This document shows, one piece after another, positions 50,658 to 63,195 of a stretch of 64,000 nt of DNA. The stretch spans positions 314,650,001 through 314,714,000 of the forward strand of contig OZ024740.1 in NCBI GenBank assembly GCA_964016885.1. The letters run 5' to 3'. The notes under the pieces are model-generated. The model saw only the letters and a list, made by a program, of their open reading frames with translations. It was not told the DNA's origin and made no database searches. Every line of letters begins with the position of its first letter. The first letter of the stretch is position 1. This DNA is from Eledone cirrhosa. Its lineage: Eukaryota. The translations under genes were made by a program, and so were the position numbers.

Positions 50658-51871
50658 TAGTTTGTCTAATAATGTTTAGTACTCAACAAAGAAAAACTGG
50701 TTGAAAACACTGTATTTGTGAATATAATCATTGTCTTTGTCATTTTTCATCTGTTTTTATATGTTGGTATGGGCTGGACGACATTTTTGAGATAATTTTT
50801 CTCCAGATGGATGACCTTTCTGATGCCAATACATACTTTATCATTTTTAAGTATGGTATATATTGCTGATGTTCATTAAACCACTTAACTGTGAGATGTA
50901 CTGTTTATGAGGGATATAAATAAATATCATTGCTTGCTCTTTTAAGCAGTGTTGATATGGAGACATAAGCAGAGACTCTCCCTCTCTCTCTCTCACACAC
51001 ACACCAGGCCTGTACAGGCTGGATGAAGTCTGAAGCTTCTCTTGATTTCATAAGCATTAAGTCACTGAGAATGCAAAGCTCCCTCTTGTAAAGGATGCCA
51101 GCCAGTTGCAGGGTTCACAGGATATTATTTTAAAAAGATTTCATCCCATTTTGATCCATGTATTTTCAGGATATATTTTTTTCTGCTATACTGAGCTATA
51201 TATTTTAATAACATTAGATTACACAGAAAATCTTCTCTTTATATTCCTGCTGAAATGTTGGAGGGTCTCGTATGCCATGAAATATGGTATCTTTTGACCA
51301 ATTAAGTTTATTCTAGGGCAGTAGATTTGCAGAACTGTTAGTGTGTCAGACAAAATGTTTTGTAGTATTTGTTCTGGTTCTTTATATTCTGAGGTTAAAT
51401 TCTGCTGAGATCAGTTTTGATTTTTAACTTTCTGAGGTCAATAAACTAAAATAACAGACAAGTATTGGTGTCAATTCATCATCACCATCGCCATCATTAT
51501 CATCATCACCATTGCCATCATCACCACAACCACCACCATCATTAACACTACCGCCACCATCATTAACACTACCACCACCATCATTAACACTACCACCACC
51601 ATCATCATAATTTTTACATCGACTTTTCCATGCTGGCATGGGCTGGAAGGGAAGTTTTGAGGCTGTTTCATAGCCTTTCCTGACACCAACCCTTTTAGTC
51701 ACTTCTTACAACAAACAAAGATATGGTGTACCTATTCTAAACCAGATATACACGTCCATTGCCCTTTGTCTTAAATATCATTCAAACTATTCTAGCTACC
51801 TGATGTTTCCTTTCCTTCATATGATTTACTTTCTATGTAGAATATATGACTTGATGTTCTCTCATTTCCAG

Positions 51872-52040
51872 GCTATATGGACAGCATCCCGATGGTTATT
51901 TCTTTTGATGTTTGGTCTACCAACAGTTATTATTAGTGTTGTTTGCTATAGTATTTGTTGTATGGAACCATTTGATCAAGATAATGCTTTATCTGATGCT
52001 GAAGAGGAAGAAGAAGACAGTAATAAACCTCATAAAAATG
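51872..52040 (+). CDS. TMX3: TMX3-like protein, transmembrane exon (169 nt)
   Basis: TTCCAG|GCT..AAT G|GTAAAT; AIWTASRWLFLLMFGLPTVIISVVCYSICC (TM helix, FGLP..IS..CY motif) followed by an acidic cytosolic tail. Confidence 0.92.
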
Positions 52041-52542
52041 GTAAATATAAATTATATTTGATGCTATAATGGATCAAGTTTTTGTAATGAAAGTGGTATG
52101 CAGTGGTTTATTGTTGTGATAAGTATTTAAACATTTTTTTTTTCTGTATGGCTGAGCTGGTTGTAAAGTATTGTGGGAATTAATAACAGGGTTTGAAACA
52201 TGGTTTAGTAGTTACTACTGGAGGGTTACTCAACCTTTCTTAACCTCCAACTTTAACAGACTCAGGCTCAAATTATCTCAGCGTTGAACTGATTAACTGA
52301 TTGATGGTATATGTACAACAGGCTCACAGGACATTGGTCTGCCTAGGGTTATAGTAGAATACACTTGTCCAAAGGTGCCATGCAATGGGATAACAAAAGG
52401 CACATGGTTGCAAAAGAGATTCCTTAACCATACAGCCATGCCTGTGTGTGTGTGTGTATACACACACTTATTTACATATATGTATTACTATGGGGTTATT
52501 GTTGAGAGAGAATGGGAACTTGAGCTTATCATACTTTTCCTA

Positions 52543-52935
52543 ATGGATTGGCAGTATCGGTAGAGGGTCAGACGCCATGCTTTGCAGCACAGTTACGTCC
52601 CTTTACAAACTGAGTTCAAATCCCGCTGAGGTTAACTTTGCCTTTCATCCTTACGGGGTCGATAAAATAAAGTACCAGTAATACACTGTGATAATTGCTG
52701 GCCTTGTGCCAAAAGTAGAAACAATTAATGATATTAATAAAATAAGGGCACCATGCTTTGTGGCATATACTTACATCTCTTTATGTTCTGAGTTCAAATT
52801 CGGCTGAGGTTAGCTATGCCTTTCATCCTTACAGAGTTGATGAAATAAAGTACCAGTAACACACTGGGGTCGATTTAATTGACTTACTCCTCTCCCAAAA
52901 TTGTGGGCCTTGTGCCTAAATCAGAAATCATTAAT
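52543..52935 (+). mobile_element. Two tandem family A SINE copies
   Basis: 52543-52728 complete; 52745-52935 an older variant with the long tail also seen at 105-310. Confidence 0.85.
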
Positions 52936-53639
52936 GATATTAGTAAAATGTTTCCACATAAATGTTTCCACACAAGAGCTGGCTATAGAGTCAACTCATG
53001 TACTGTAAAGTAAACAGTACTTGTACTTGTGGTGGCGTTCACCTGGGGTGGGTTGAGCTGACTCCATCAAAGGAATTCATGGTATAAGTTCATTTTAAGG
53101 AAGTTTCTTCGGGTGATTGGTTTCTTCAGTGCCCAGCTGCAAGTATATGCACTTTAGGACAGAGCAATCCAAGCATTGCATCGGTTATAGCGCTGAGCTC
53201 TCGTTTTCACACCCAACCCAATTTGGTGGAGCCAGTGCCACAACGGGGACACATGGGAGGGAGTTTGGCTGGCAGAGGTGATAAACACAACCTATTTGAA
53301 GCATTTTGTAGGCCAGCAGGAGCTTACCCAACTGCCCAGCTCAGTCATACTGACTCTTAGCACTTAAAGTAAACCGTGTATGTATATGAAATATCAGTGT
53401 TACATGGATAAAATATAGGTTTCATAACCAATTTCATTCTTAAAGCACCTAACACTGCCATTTTGTTTGTATTTTCAGTTTTTATATACAACACAGACTT
53501 ACTTGCCCATACACATGTATATAATATACACACCATCATTAATATATATTTTCTAAAACACTCATAAAGATAAACGTATATAAGTCTTGAAATAAAACAA
53601 TTATTCGAGATCCAAGAGTATGTTTATTATACATAAATA

Positions 53640-53985
53640 GATAAACATACTGTATATACCTTCATATATATATAAACATACTGTATATACCTTCATATAT
53701 ATAAACATGCTGTATATACCTTCATATATATAAACATGCTGTATATACCTTCATATATATAAACATACTGTATATACCTTCATACACTTAAATATACTGT
53801 ATATACCTTCATATATATAAACATAGTGTATATACCTTCATATACATAAACATACTGTATCTACCTTCATATACATAAACATACTGTATATACCTTCATA
53901 TACATAAACATACTGTATATACCTTCATATACATAAACATACTGTATATACCTTCATATACATAAACATACTACCTTCATATACA
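53640..53985. repeat. Minisatellite, ~30-bp unit, about 11 copies
   Basis: Unit TAAACATACTGTATATACCTTCATATA(T/C)A. Confidence 0.92.
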
Positions 53986-54564
53986 TCTGTATTATGAATC
54001 ACTCTATATTAGTACTACTGCTTTATTTTGCAGCACTTAAACAACATTAATCATACAAACATTTGTACATCACAAACATAACCTATACAAAACTCCCTTT
54101 CTCTCTGACTTACCACAACTGTCTCTCTCTCTCCTCCCTCCCTCCCTCTCTCCTCCCTCCCTCCCTCTCTCCTCCCTCCCTCCCCCTCTCTCTCACACCT
54201 TTCATACAATATCTCCTCTTATGCAACCTATATATAATACACAAAACCCCTTTTTTCTCTCCCGTTCAACCTCTTCCACACATACTCTCAATTTCTCATA
54301 TGCACAAAATTAATCTCACATACTCATACAACCTTCCATGGACATATGTAACCTTTCACATATGTACACGGTATCTCTCTCTATCTCCCCCCCCCCCATC
54401 TCTTTTTAAGTATGGTATATATTGTTCATTGAACCATTTAACTGTGAGATGTATTGTTTATGAGGGATATAAACAAATATCACTGCTTAGTCTTTTAAGC
54501 AGTATTGATATGGAGACTCTCTCTCAGTGCAACTAAATTTAAACATGTTTCTCTTGTTTTTCAG

Positions 54565-54629
54565 TTGTCCCAAAACCTAATATGAAAGGAATTCAACACA
54601 AATGTACAAAACATCTCAAAGCTGAATAA
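54565..54629 (+). CDS. TMX3: TMX3-like protein, terminal coding exon
   Basis: Pyrimidine tract and TTTCAG|TT, phase 1 (G+TT=Val); VVPKPNMKGIQHKCTKHLKAE*; Lys at -3 as expected of an ER-retrieval tail. Confidence 0.75.
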
Positions 54630-54929
54630 GGTTGTTTCATCTAATTGATCTCTCATCCATTAATCTCTGTATCAGCCGCCAATGGAACTGCTATCTTCAA
54701 CAGGTTTCCTTTCTCCCTTCCTCATGGAAACATCATTCTTTTTGCAATACCCTCATATCTTCCATGCATTTTATGTTTATTTATTGGTTTCCCTCCCTTT
54801 CTCTCCACCCTTTTTCTTTTTATATCTGTCTGTCCAAATCAGCTGTCACCCTCCTCTAAAATAACTGAGGACATAAACCTATAAACCTGTGGAAATTAAG
54901 GAATTTAATGCCGGAAAACAAGTCAAGAA

Positions 54930-54960
54930 AATAAAATGAAATAAAAAAAGAATAAATAAA
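54930..54960 (+). promoter_or_regulatory. Candidate TMX3 polyadenylation signals
   Basis: Several AATAAA ~300 nt after the stop, but within an A-rich tract. Confidence 0.3.
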
Positions 54961-55470
54961 AAAACACCAACAAAAATTGAAACCTCAACTTTTTATCATT
55001 TCCTTCCTCTCCAAATTCTTAAAGGAAATAAAGCTAAAGACTGTGCTAATCACATTAATATCCATGGTACGTAATCACCGGACTTGAAAATGGATATTAA
55101 TCCTAGTATGTAGAGTATTGTGGATGGAGTTATAAAAAAGATATCAAGTTCTAGAAAGGCAAATTAAGAGTAAATATTTATATTTGCCAACATGTCATTT
55201 AATTGTCTGTTTGTTATAGAAAAAATAATTCTTGTATTTTAAAAATATTGATGTCTTTTATTAGCATAAAAAAACACTCTAGGATAGTGCCTGGTTTTTA
55301 TTTATTCAACATCAGAAGGTTAAAGTTACAAAGCCAACAACTGGTGAAAATTGCTCTTAACATATAAATGAATACAAGAAAATTCTACTATAAGGAATTT
55401 ACTCTTGCACTGTATTAGAGTTAATGTCAGTGATGACTGAGTCAGCACCAGGCTGTACACATACGGTATA

Positions 55471-55658
55471 TGAGGGTAGGCTGAAAAGTTCATAGGCTGA
55501 CTATGAAGGAGTGATGCTAGAGCTGTGAAATCTTGCATGTATTAATTTCAACTCTTTGTATTAAGAATTGCATTGTTTCTTTCCAGGAACTATAAACCTC
55601 ATTTGGTCATTTTGTGGGAGTATCTTGGTCAGCCTATGAACTTTATATTCAACCCCTG
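55471..55658. mobile_element. mariner-type MITE
   Basis: TA-flanked imperfect terminal inverted repeats GAGGGTAGGCTGAAAAGTTCATAGGCTGAC / GTCAGCCTATGAACTTTATATTCAACCCCTG. Confidence 0.7.
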
Positions 55659-55824
55659 TATTTGTAGATTTCCCCATTGTTTTATAAATTGAAATCATTA
55701 TAATTATCTTCATTTTTCACCCTCCCTACAGAATAATGGTTAGTAATGAAGTGAGGTTGATGAAATTATTCCATACCAAGTAAATAGAAATCTGTTAACA
55801 TGGTAATAATAACAATAATACAAA

Positions 55825-56010
55825 TATATAGGGATTGCAATACGGATAGAACACTTACAAAAAACAGCATTGCTTGGAACAGCTCGAATACTCAGGAGGG
55901 TACTCGAAAAATAAGGGGTGTTACCTCAGTTCAATGGTAGTGAGCAGCTAACACTGTAATACATCTCCAGCGTTAGAATCTGAGCAAAGAAACAATAACA
56001 ATAATAATAA
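55825..56010 (+). mobile_element. R4/Dong-clade LINE 3' end in a (TAA)n tract
   Basis: IGIAIRIEHLQKTALLGTARILRRVLEK* (stop 55912-14), a characteristic R4-clade C-terminus; AAT repeats on both sides. Confidence 0.8.
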
Positions 56011-56230
56011 AAAGAATGGTTATTTCTGATTATGGCTGAGCCTTATAACAGTCTTTGCCATTGACATTGTTTTTCTGTTGGTATGTTGGTTGATATTGGA
56101 CATAAATGTGAAAACATTGACAATAAAACAAGGAGCTTATATCTTATTTAACATAAAAAAGGTTACTTGCAGAAATGTATATTTGAACACTTATTTGTTA
56201 TATCTTAAAGGATCAATATATGTTATTTTA

Positions 56231-56390
56231 AGGCGGCGAATTAGCAGAGTTGTTAGAACAGCGGATAGAATGCTTTGCAGTATTCATTCCGACTTTCTGT
56301 TCTCTGAGTTCAAATCCTGCCACGGTCAACTTTGCCTTTCATCCATTTAAGGTCGATAAAAAAGTACCAGTCTAATACTGGGGTTGATTT
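56231..56390 (+). mobile_element. Older tRNA-derived SINE family A variant
   Basis: GGCGGCGAATTAGCAGAG head, GAGTTCAAATCC B box, family core. Confidence 0.75.
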
Positions 56391-56895
56391 TTCCTTTATA
56401 TCACTTTCTCATTTCCTTTCTCTCTCTCATTCTCTATCTTTCTCTGGAAGAAATCTGCTGTATTTAGACCTGGAGAGGAGATGGGCTCTGCCAGGTTTAA
56501 AAATTCCCTAGAAACAGCGTATGTCAATATGGTGTCCCTATGACTCCGTCTTGAGTTATGGGACCATACATACAAACATCTTTTTTTATAGAAACTATCT
56601 GTGAAAGATATTCTAATATTCTGAATAGAAAATTAATTTTCTAATTTAAATACATTCAAACAAAAAATGAATATAAATTGATTGTCTGTCATATTTTGTA
56701 TTACATTATTTTATATTATTTTATATTATAGTCATATTATTAAATATTATATTACATAAAACTCTTAATATTAATGTAACTTGAATGTCACTCATATTTG
56801 TATTATATTATTTCATATTATATTATAGTTCTATTATTAAATATTATATTTGAACAAAACTCTCAATATTAACTTGATGTTTATAACAACAGGCA

Positions 56896-57225
56896 TGAAG
56901 GCGTGTGAGTGGTTAGAGAATTGGATTCATAATCGTGAGGTTGTGAGTTTGATTCTCAGACCGGGTAATGCATTGTGTCCTTGATCAAGACACTTTAATT
57001 CATGTTGCTCCAGTTTACTCAGCTGTATAAATGAGTTGAGATATCACTAGTGCCAAGCTGTATTGGCCTTTGCCTTTTCTTTGGACAGCATTGGTGGTGT
57101 GGAGAGGTGAGACTGGAATGCATGGTTGACTGCTGGTCTTCCACAAAAACGCATTGCCCAGTCTTGTGCCTCAGAAGGGATCTTTCTAGGAGCAAAACTC
57201 ATGGTCATTCATGATTGAGGGAGAG
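56896..57225 (+). mobile_element. tRNA-derived SINE family D with a different tail
   Basis: Head and GTGTCCTTGATCAAGACACTTT block as at 12706 and 18752. Confidence 0.7.
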
Positions 57226-57454
57226 GAGGGAGTCTTTGCTCTTTTTTACTCTTTATCAACAGGTAATGAGAGAGTTTTGGTTTTTTTAATTATTTGTATT
57301 GCATTAGCTGTATTGTATGACTTCTAAACATAGAATGACAAACTATTTTATCAGAACTGATTCTTGTTACCTTAGCAATCTTTATGATGGAAGTATATAT
57401 ACTACTGAAGAACAATCAGAAATTTTCAACAGAATGCTATTATGGGATGGAAGA

Positions 57455-57715
57455 AAGTTCTTCTTCGCCCACTTATTCCTGAGAGGGTCATGGGGGCAGA
57501 GTCCCCAAACACTCCCTCCAGCTGGTCCTCCCCAAGTGAGACCAGCCGAGTTCTGGGATGTTATCCAAACATCTTGCTTGGGGTCTACCACTGGGTCTCC
57601 TGCCGATTGATTTTGGCCATGAAAATCTGTCCAGCGATTCTTTCCTGAGACATTCTAACCACATGTCCATAGTATCGGAGCTGTGATCTCCCAATTCGGA
57701 GAAGGAGGCTTGGGT
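57455..57715 (-). mobile_element. RTE-type LINE 3' end (family C)
   Basis: Reverse complement of 7835-8155. Confidence 0.75.
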
Positions 57716-59089
57716 TGGAAGAAAGTTGTGTGTAAAAAAAAAGATGGAAATATATAAAATAAATACAAATCTGGCAAAGACATTAGAATACAACTTAAAG
57801 CTAACTGCCTTTTGCCTATTATACATCTCTGTATAATAGAATTGGAGATAGTTATTATGCTACACCATTGGAAGAAAAGTATCAGTATATCTTTGTTGGG
57901 GGATGAAATGTCACCATATGTTGCTTGTAGTAGATAAAGCTACATATAACCAATAAAAGGCCAAGATGGTTGGAACCATAGAGAAAACCTATGCAGTTGT
58001 AGTGTGTAGACTTGGTGAAATATCCAGCAATAATGCTATAAACAGTGTTGATTTAAATACTTTTTTTGTGTACTAAAGCCATTAACATTTTTTTTAATAA
58101 GAATTAAATCATTTGAATTGTATTCAAATAAAATACATTTTTCTATAATGTATAATTATTTTTGGAGATTACATTATGTATGTAAGTGATTTGAAAGAAC
58201 ATGTAAATTTTTGTAAATTGTTAAAGTATATCTTTAGCAAAATATTTTATTTATTATTCTTTTGTATAACTTTTGTTATTTTGTTTGTTTTTCTGATTAG
58301 TCATCTAAATGGTCCATTTTACTGGCTGGATCCAGTGAAGAAGTATATAAATATGTGTGTGTGTATGTATATGGTTGTGAGTGTGTGTATGTGTACACAC
58401 ACTCACAACCATATACATAGGATCTACTGCGAGGTCAGTGTATTCGGCTAGTTACTTCTATGCATATATATATATATACACACACACACACATACAATCA
58501 CACACACACACACACACACACATACTCCCACACAAAGTGTTGCATGTGTTTGTTTATGGTAAAAGATAAGCATAATTTCATTTTTTAAATGTTAACATTC
58601 TGGACATGCTAAACGTCTCTATATTTCCTTGTGCTATATTTAGAGTAAACTCTGTAAACCAAGGAATGGTGAATGTAAACTTTTGATAAAATATAAAAAT
58701 ACTAACATAAAAAAATAACAAAATAATAAACTATTTAAAAGATAATAAAATCTGATGAGTAATGTGGGGGGATAGGAGGAGTAAACATGTCGCAAAATAT
58801 GCTCTGTGTTGTTATCACTGATTAATCATCACTGATTAAGGATCAATAGCTTTTCATTTGCTGTTATGACTTTAATGGTTCTCATTTTAACTGTAAATTA
58901 TTTTTGTTTTCGTTTGTTTTATAATTATATTTCAGCCACCAAATTAAAACATTATGGAGAATTAGTTAAAAAAAAAAATAGATAAATAAAATAAAATAAA
59001 ATAAAATGCAGTCATCCAGTTAGGTTAATTCAAAGGTATATTATGGTATGAAGTTGTGGCTATCATTTGATAATGATTGTAATGAAAAT

Positions 59090-59380
59090 GATTGTGCACT
59101 ACAACTCATCAAAGGTACATGTATAGTAAATAGAATAATGTACAAATGTTAGGAAAGTGAACAGTGTATGAGTCATGAAATACACACATATACATGCGTG
59201 CGTGTGTATGGAGGGGGAATATCAGGTGTAGTGCTGGTGAATTTCAGGAAGCATGGAAGTTTTGAAGGATGCAGTGTCCCGGCAGCTAACAACTGATGCA
59301 GGTAGTTTGTTCCATGCTTCAGCAACTCTGAGCGTGAACAAATGTTTCTGAAAGTCATGGGAGCTGTACTTTTTTTCTGA
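59090..59380 (-). mobile_element. CR1-like LINE 3' end
   Basis: Minus strand HDFQKHLFTLRVAEAWNKLPASVVSC..ASFK, the typical CR1 C-terminal F..RV...WN.LP..VV motif; related 3' UTR fragment at ~7255-7330. Confidence 0.75.
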
Positions 59381-59413
59381 TTTTAATGTATGGAAGAACT
59401 TTGAAAGCTACTA

Positions 59414-59859
59414 CCATGTTTCCCCTATTATAAGGCAGGTGCTGTATTATTTTTTCCTGAAAAAAAAGGCACTAGGACTTATTTTCAGAGTAGGGCTTAT
59501 ATTTTTACACAAAAAATAACAACACGGGATTTGATAAAAGTATCAATATACTGATGTCAAAAATAAAATAAAATAATTAAAGGATATATATTATAGAGTT
59601 AAAAACAATATTATTAAAATAATTTATTATATTAGTAATCAGCAAGACTCTGGAAATCTGTGTTCATATTATTTTTCGTATTAATTTTTCTTGCAAAAAT
59701 GCCCTTGGGCTTATTTTTAGGATAGGGTTTATATCCATCTAACCCATGCTAGCGTGGAAAATTGATGTTAAATGATGATGGTGATGATGTTTGGAGAGCA
59801 ACATAAAAATCATGCTAGGGCTTATTTTTCCAGTTGGTCTTATAATAGGGGAAACACAA
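59414..59859. mobile_element. pogo/Tc2-like MITE with a nested RTE tail
   Basis: CCATGTTTCCCCTATTATAAG ... CTTATAATAGGGGAAACAC terminal inverted repeats; internal GGGCTTATTTT repeats; RTE terminus inserted at ~59735-59790. Confidence 0.65.
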
Positions 59860-60340
59860 GACATCACTTAATCCTGACACATGAACTTGGTAGGCCTTAT
59901 TGTCTGCATTAAAACTGCAGATATAAAAATATATCAAATTTCTTCAGAGTTGAGTTGAGTTGAATTTTTGTCTTATTCATAAAATTTACCAGTGTTTGCT
60001 TAAAATGATATTGATATAACATAAACGTTTTTATTTTTACTTTGAAAGGGACCCCCCCTACCCCCCCCCCCAAAAAAAAACTTCCAATATCTCAGAAAAA
60101 TGGTATTTTTATATGATTTTCTGTTGCTTTTCAAGAAAGGTTCAAATAGAGCATTTCAGTGAAAAGTCTAGTTTAGGAACTTATGAATTAAATGATGTAG
60201 TGAGAAGGTTAAGAATCAAGTGGATTATATATATATATATGTAAGTGTGTGTGTATATATATGTGTGTATACATATGTGTATACAAATATGTATATATAT
60301 GTGTGTGTGTGTGTGTACATTATATATATATATATATATA

Positions 60341-60866
60341 TTAGGTTGATGCAAAATTAACCGTTTTTATTGATTCTAAATTTATTCTATAATACAACAC
60401 CAAACTGCAATCAAAATGTTTAAATAATCATTTTGGAGCTGTCTCCATCAATAACTGCTTCCAAAACTTTTCGAGTTGCCTAACAATGGTGGATTGGTCA
60501 ACATCAAATTGCTAGGCTAACATCCATGTCATCAAACCTATCGTCTTCTTCCACTGCTTGTAAAAGAGCTTGATCATCAAAATCGGATGGAAGATGTCTT
60601 TTTTTCTCATCTTATAAGCTTGTGTTGCCAGATTTGAAATGTTCAAACCATCTTCTAACTTATCTTTCACCAATTGTTCCTTCACTGATAGTTTGTTGAG
60701 ATTGCAGCAGTGTAACCTTTCTTGAAGTGATAAAGTAAGATATGGAGTATATGAATGTGGTTATTGGCTCACATTGTTGTTGAAGGAATATTATTCTGAA
60801 AAACATAAAAATTACAGTGGTTATTAATTAAAAATAAAATTGGTTATTAATTTTGCATCTTCCTAA
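60341..60866 (-). mobile_element. Internally deleted mariner element
   Basis: TA|TTAGGTTGATGCAAAATTAA ... TTAATTTTGCATCTTCCTAA|TA; minus strand keeps VRRWFEHFKSGNTSL..D..L..AVEED from the transposase HTH region. Confidence 0.8.
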
Positions 60867-60970
60867 TATGTGTGTGTGTGTGTATATCTCTCTCACTATA
60901 TATATATATACTTTGTTTTTGAATTTGTTTTGCAAGATTTCTTATCTGAAAACGTGTTGAAACAGATATT

Positions 60971-61139
60971 GTTATACTTTGGGAGGGTCATGCTGTCAAT
61001 AAAAACATGCTCACCTGTTGGTTTTCACTTCAATTTATTATAAATTTCCGGTTATTGAAGCAACCCTAACAATAAATTGAAGTGAAAATCAACAGGTGCG
61101 TGTGTTTTTATTGGCAACATCACCCTCCCAATGTATAAC
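60971..61139. repeat. ~170-bp imperfect fold-back between (TA)n tracts
   Basis: Arms of ~69 nt (60971-61039 / 61071-61139) with a 31-nt spacer; related end sequence at ~63160-63185. Confidence 0.85.
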
Positions 61140-63195
61140 TATATATATAACCTATGCTAGCATGGAAGATGGACGTTAAATGAAGATGATGATATATATA
61201 TATATATATATATATAAATTCATAAGCGGAAAAGGGACCTCATTTATTTTGTGGTCCCAACTACAGTTTTGCTGGGTGAGAACCAGCTTGGATATTCTAA
61301 TAAGTTAGGTCTCTTGAAGAGCTGTGATGAAAAGTTTGTTCTGCAGTCACAAAGTTCAGGCTTGATCCCATTGCATGGCAAGTGTTTTTTCTACCAAAGC
61401 CTTGGATCCTAACTTATATTGTGTGAAAACCAATTTTTTTTTTACCGTTTGTTTTCCCTTTTCTATAAAAAGCTCTTATTTTCTGCTTACCACAATTATT
61501 GTGCAACACATCTTCATGTGCCTTTTGGTTTGTTATCTTTCCCCTCACCACCATATGTCATTTCCACTCTACCTTTTATCATCAACTCATTAGTGATATT
61601 ACTTTCACAACCTCCAACTTTCAGAAACAATAGTTTTTTTCCTTCTGCCATCACTTTGGCTCTTTCTTAAGAATATTGAACGTCCTTGTATTCATATATG
61701 AACTTTCTCAGTGTTCTTTACATGGGAGATGTAAACAATTTTCTATATAATGAGTCCACTGTAAACTTGTGTTACATTATGCATAACATTTGATCTCTTT
61801 AAGGGTTCTCTCTTTCTATATTTAAAACAATCCAATGTTTTTATTTAAAAATTTATTACCAATGTTTTTTTTTTCTTTTTTAAATTTTATTTCTGAAAAT
61901 AAATAATCACTGAGCTCACAGTTATTATTATTTTTAATGTTTTCCAAATAATTAAAAAGTATTCTCATGAAAAATGGATTTCAAGTAGTTTATTTAAAGA
62001 GTTTTAAAAAAGTTCTTGGATATTATTTAATGTCTTTTTCTTCTCCTTCTTGGGAGTGTCGCTGGGAACAGAGTCCTCAAATACTTCTAGCAGGTCCTTG
62101 TAAGAAGCTACTGTCTCCAATTAATCCAGCTGGATCCCCAAGTGAGACCAGTTGAGCTCATGGATGTTTTCCAGCCCCTGGGTCTCCTGCTGGTTGGTTT
62201 TATCCATAAAACGTGATAAATATTGCCTGTACAGGTAATCAAAGTATGTATACATTTTTGGGGGACAGCCTGTATATTGATAGATGTCATCATATAGGGG
62301 TTGTTTTGTTGGAGATAACAGCTGAATAATTGATTTGATCTTAGCCAAGTTTATGTTTAAGTGAGAATTGACATATTAGCTAGGAGAAAATGTTTATGAT
62401 TATAAAAACATTATTTGGATAGGATGGTTGCAATAATATAAAAAAGTTATTTGGTGAATGATAATATGAAAGTGCTTTATCACTTATAAGTTTGTGATAT
62501 ATAAATATCATCACCATTTAATGCCTGCTTTCCCTGATAGCAAGGGTTTTATGGATCTACATAGACCAAGCGACTATTAAAGCGGGGTCTTTGATGTTCC
62601 AGACAGACTGAGGAAGTTTGTATCTGGCTTACATACAGTCATTATTGAGTGCAGAGGAGAGGTTATGTCTTTTGACACAAACTGAAGGATCCTCCTAACC
62701 CCTCGTTTGGCAAGGTTAAATAATAAATAATAAATAAATACACAAGTACAATAACAACAAACACATACAGACACACACTAGTGAACAAAGATAGAATACA
62801 AAAACAAAAACACATGCATTCAAACACGAACACACACCAAACATTAAACACATGCAAACGCATGCGCAAACAGAGACAGACAAGAATAAATAAATAAATA
62901 AATTAATTAAATAAAAATGGCGTAGACTTTACAATACAATGGGAGGAAACATAATAGTACCACTGATGATGTCGCAGATGTGTGACTAAAGAACTTTGAT
63001 AGATTATATATATATATTTATATCTATTTTTAACCGTTGGTCAATCGATGATAAACATTGATTGCCAAATAAATTAACTATGGAGATATAAAAGATACAG
63101 AAGTGTAAACCAACCCAAACCAAACAGTGAGTTGTTATTTCTGGCAATATTATAACAATATGACCCTCCCCAAATATAACAATATATATATATAT

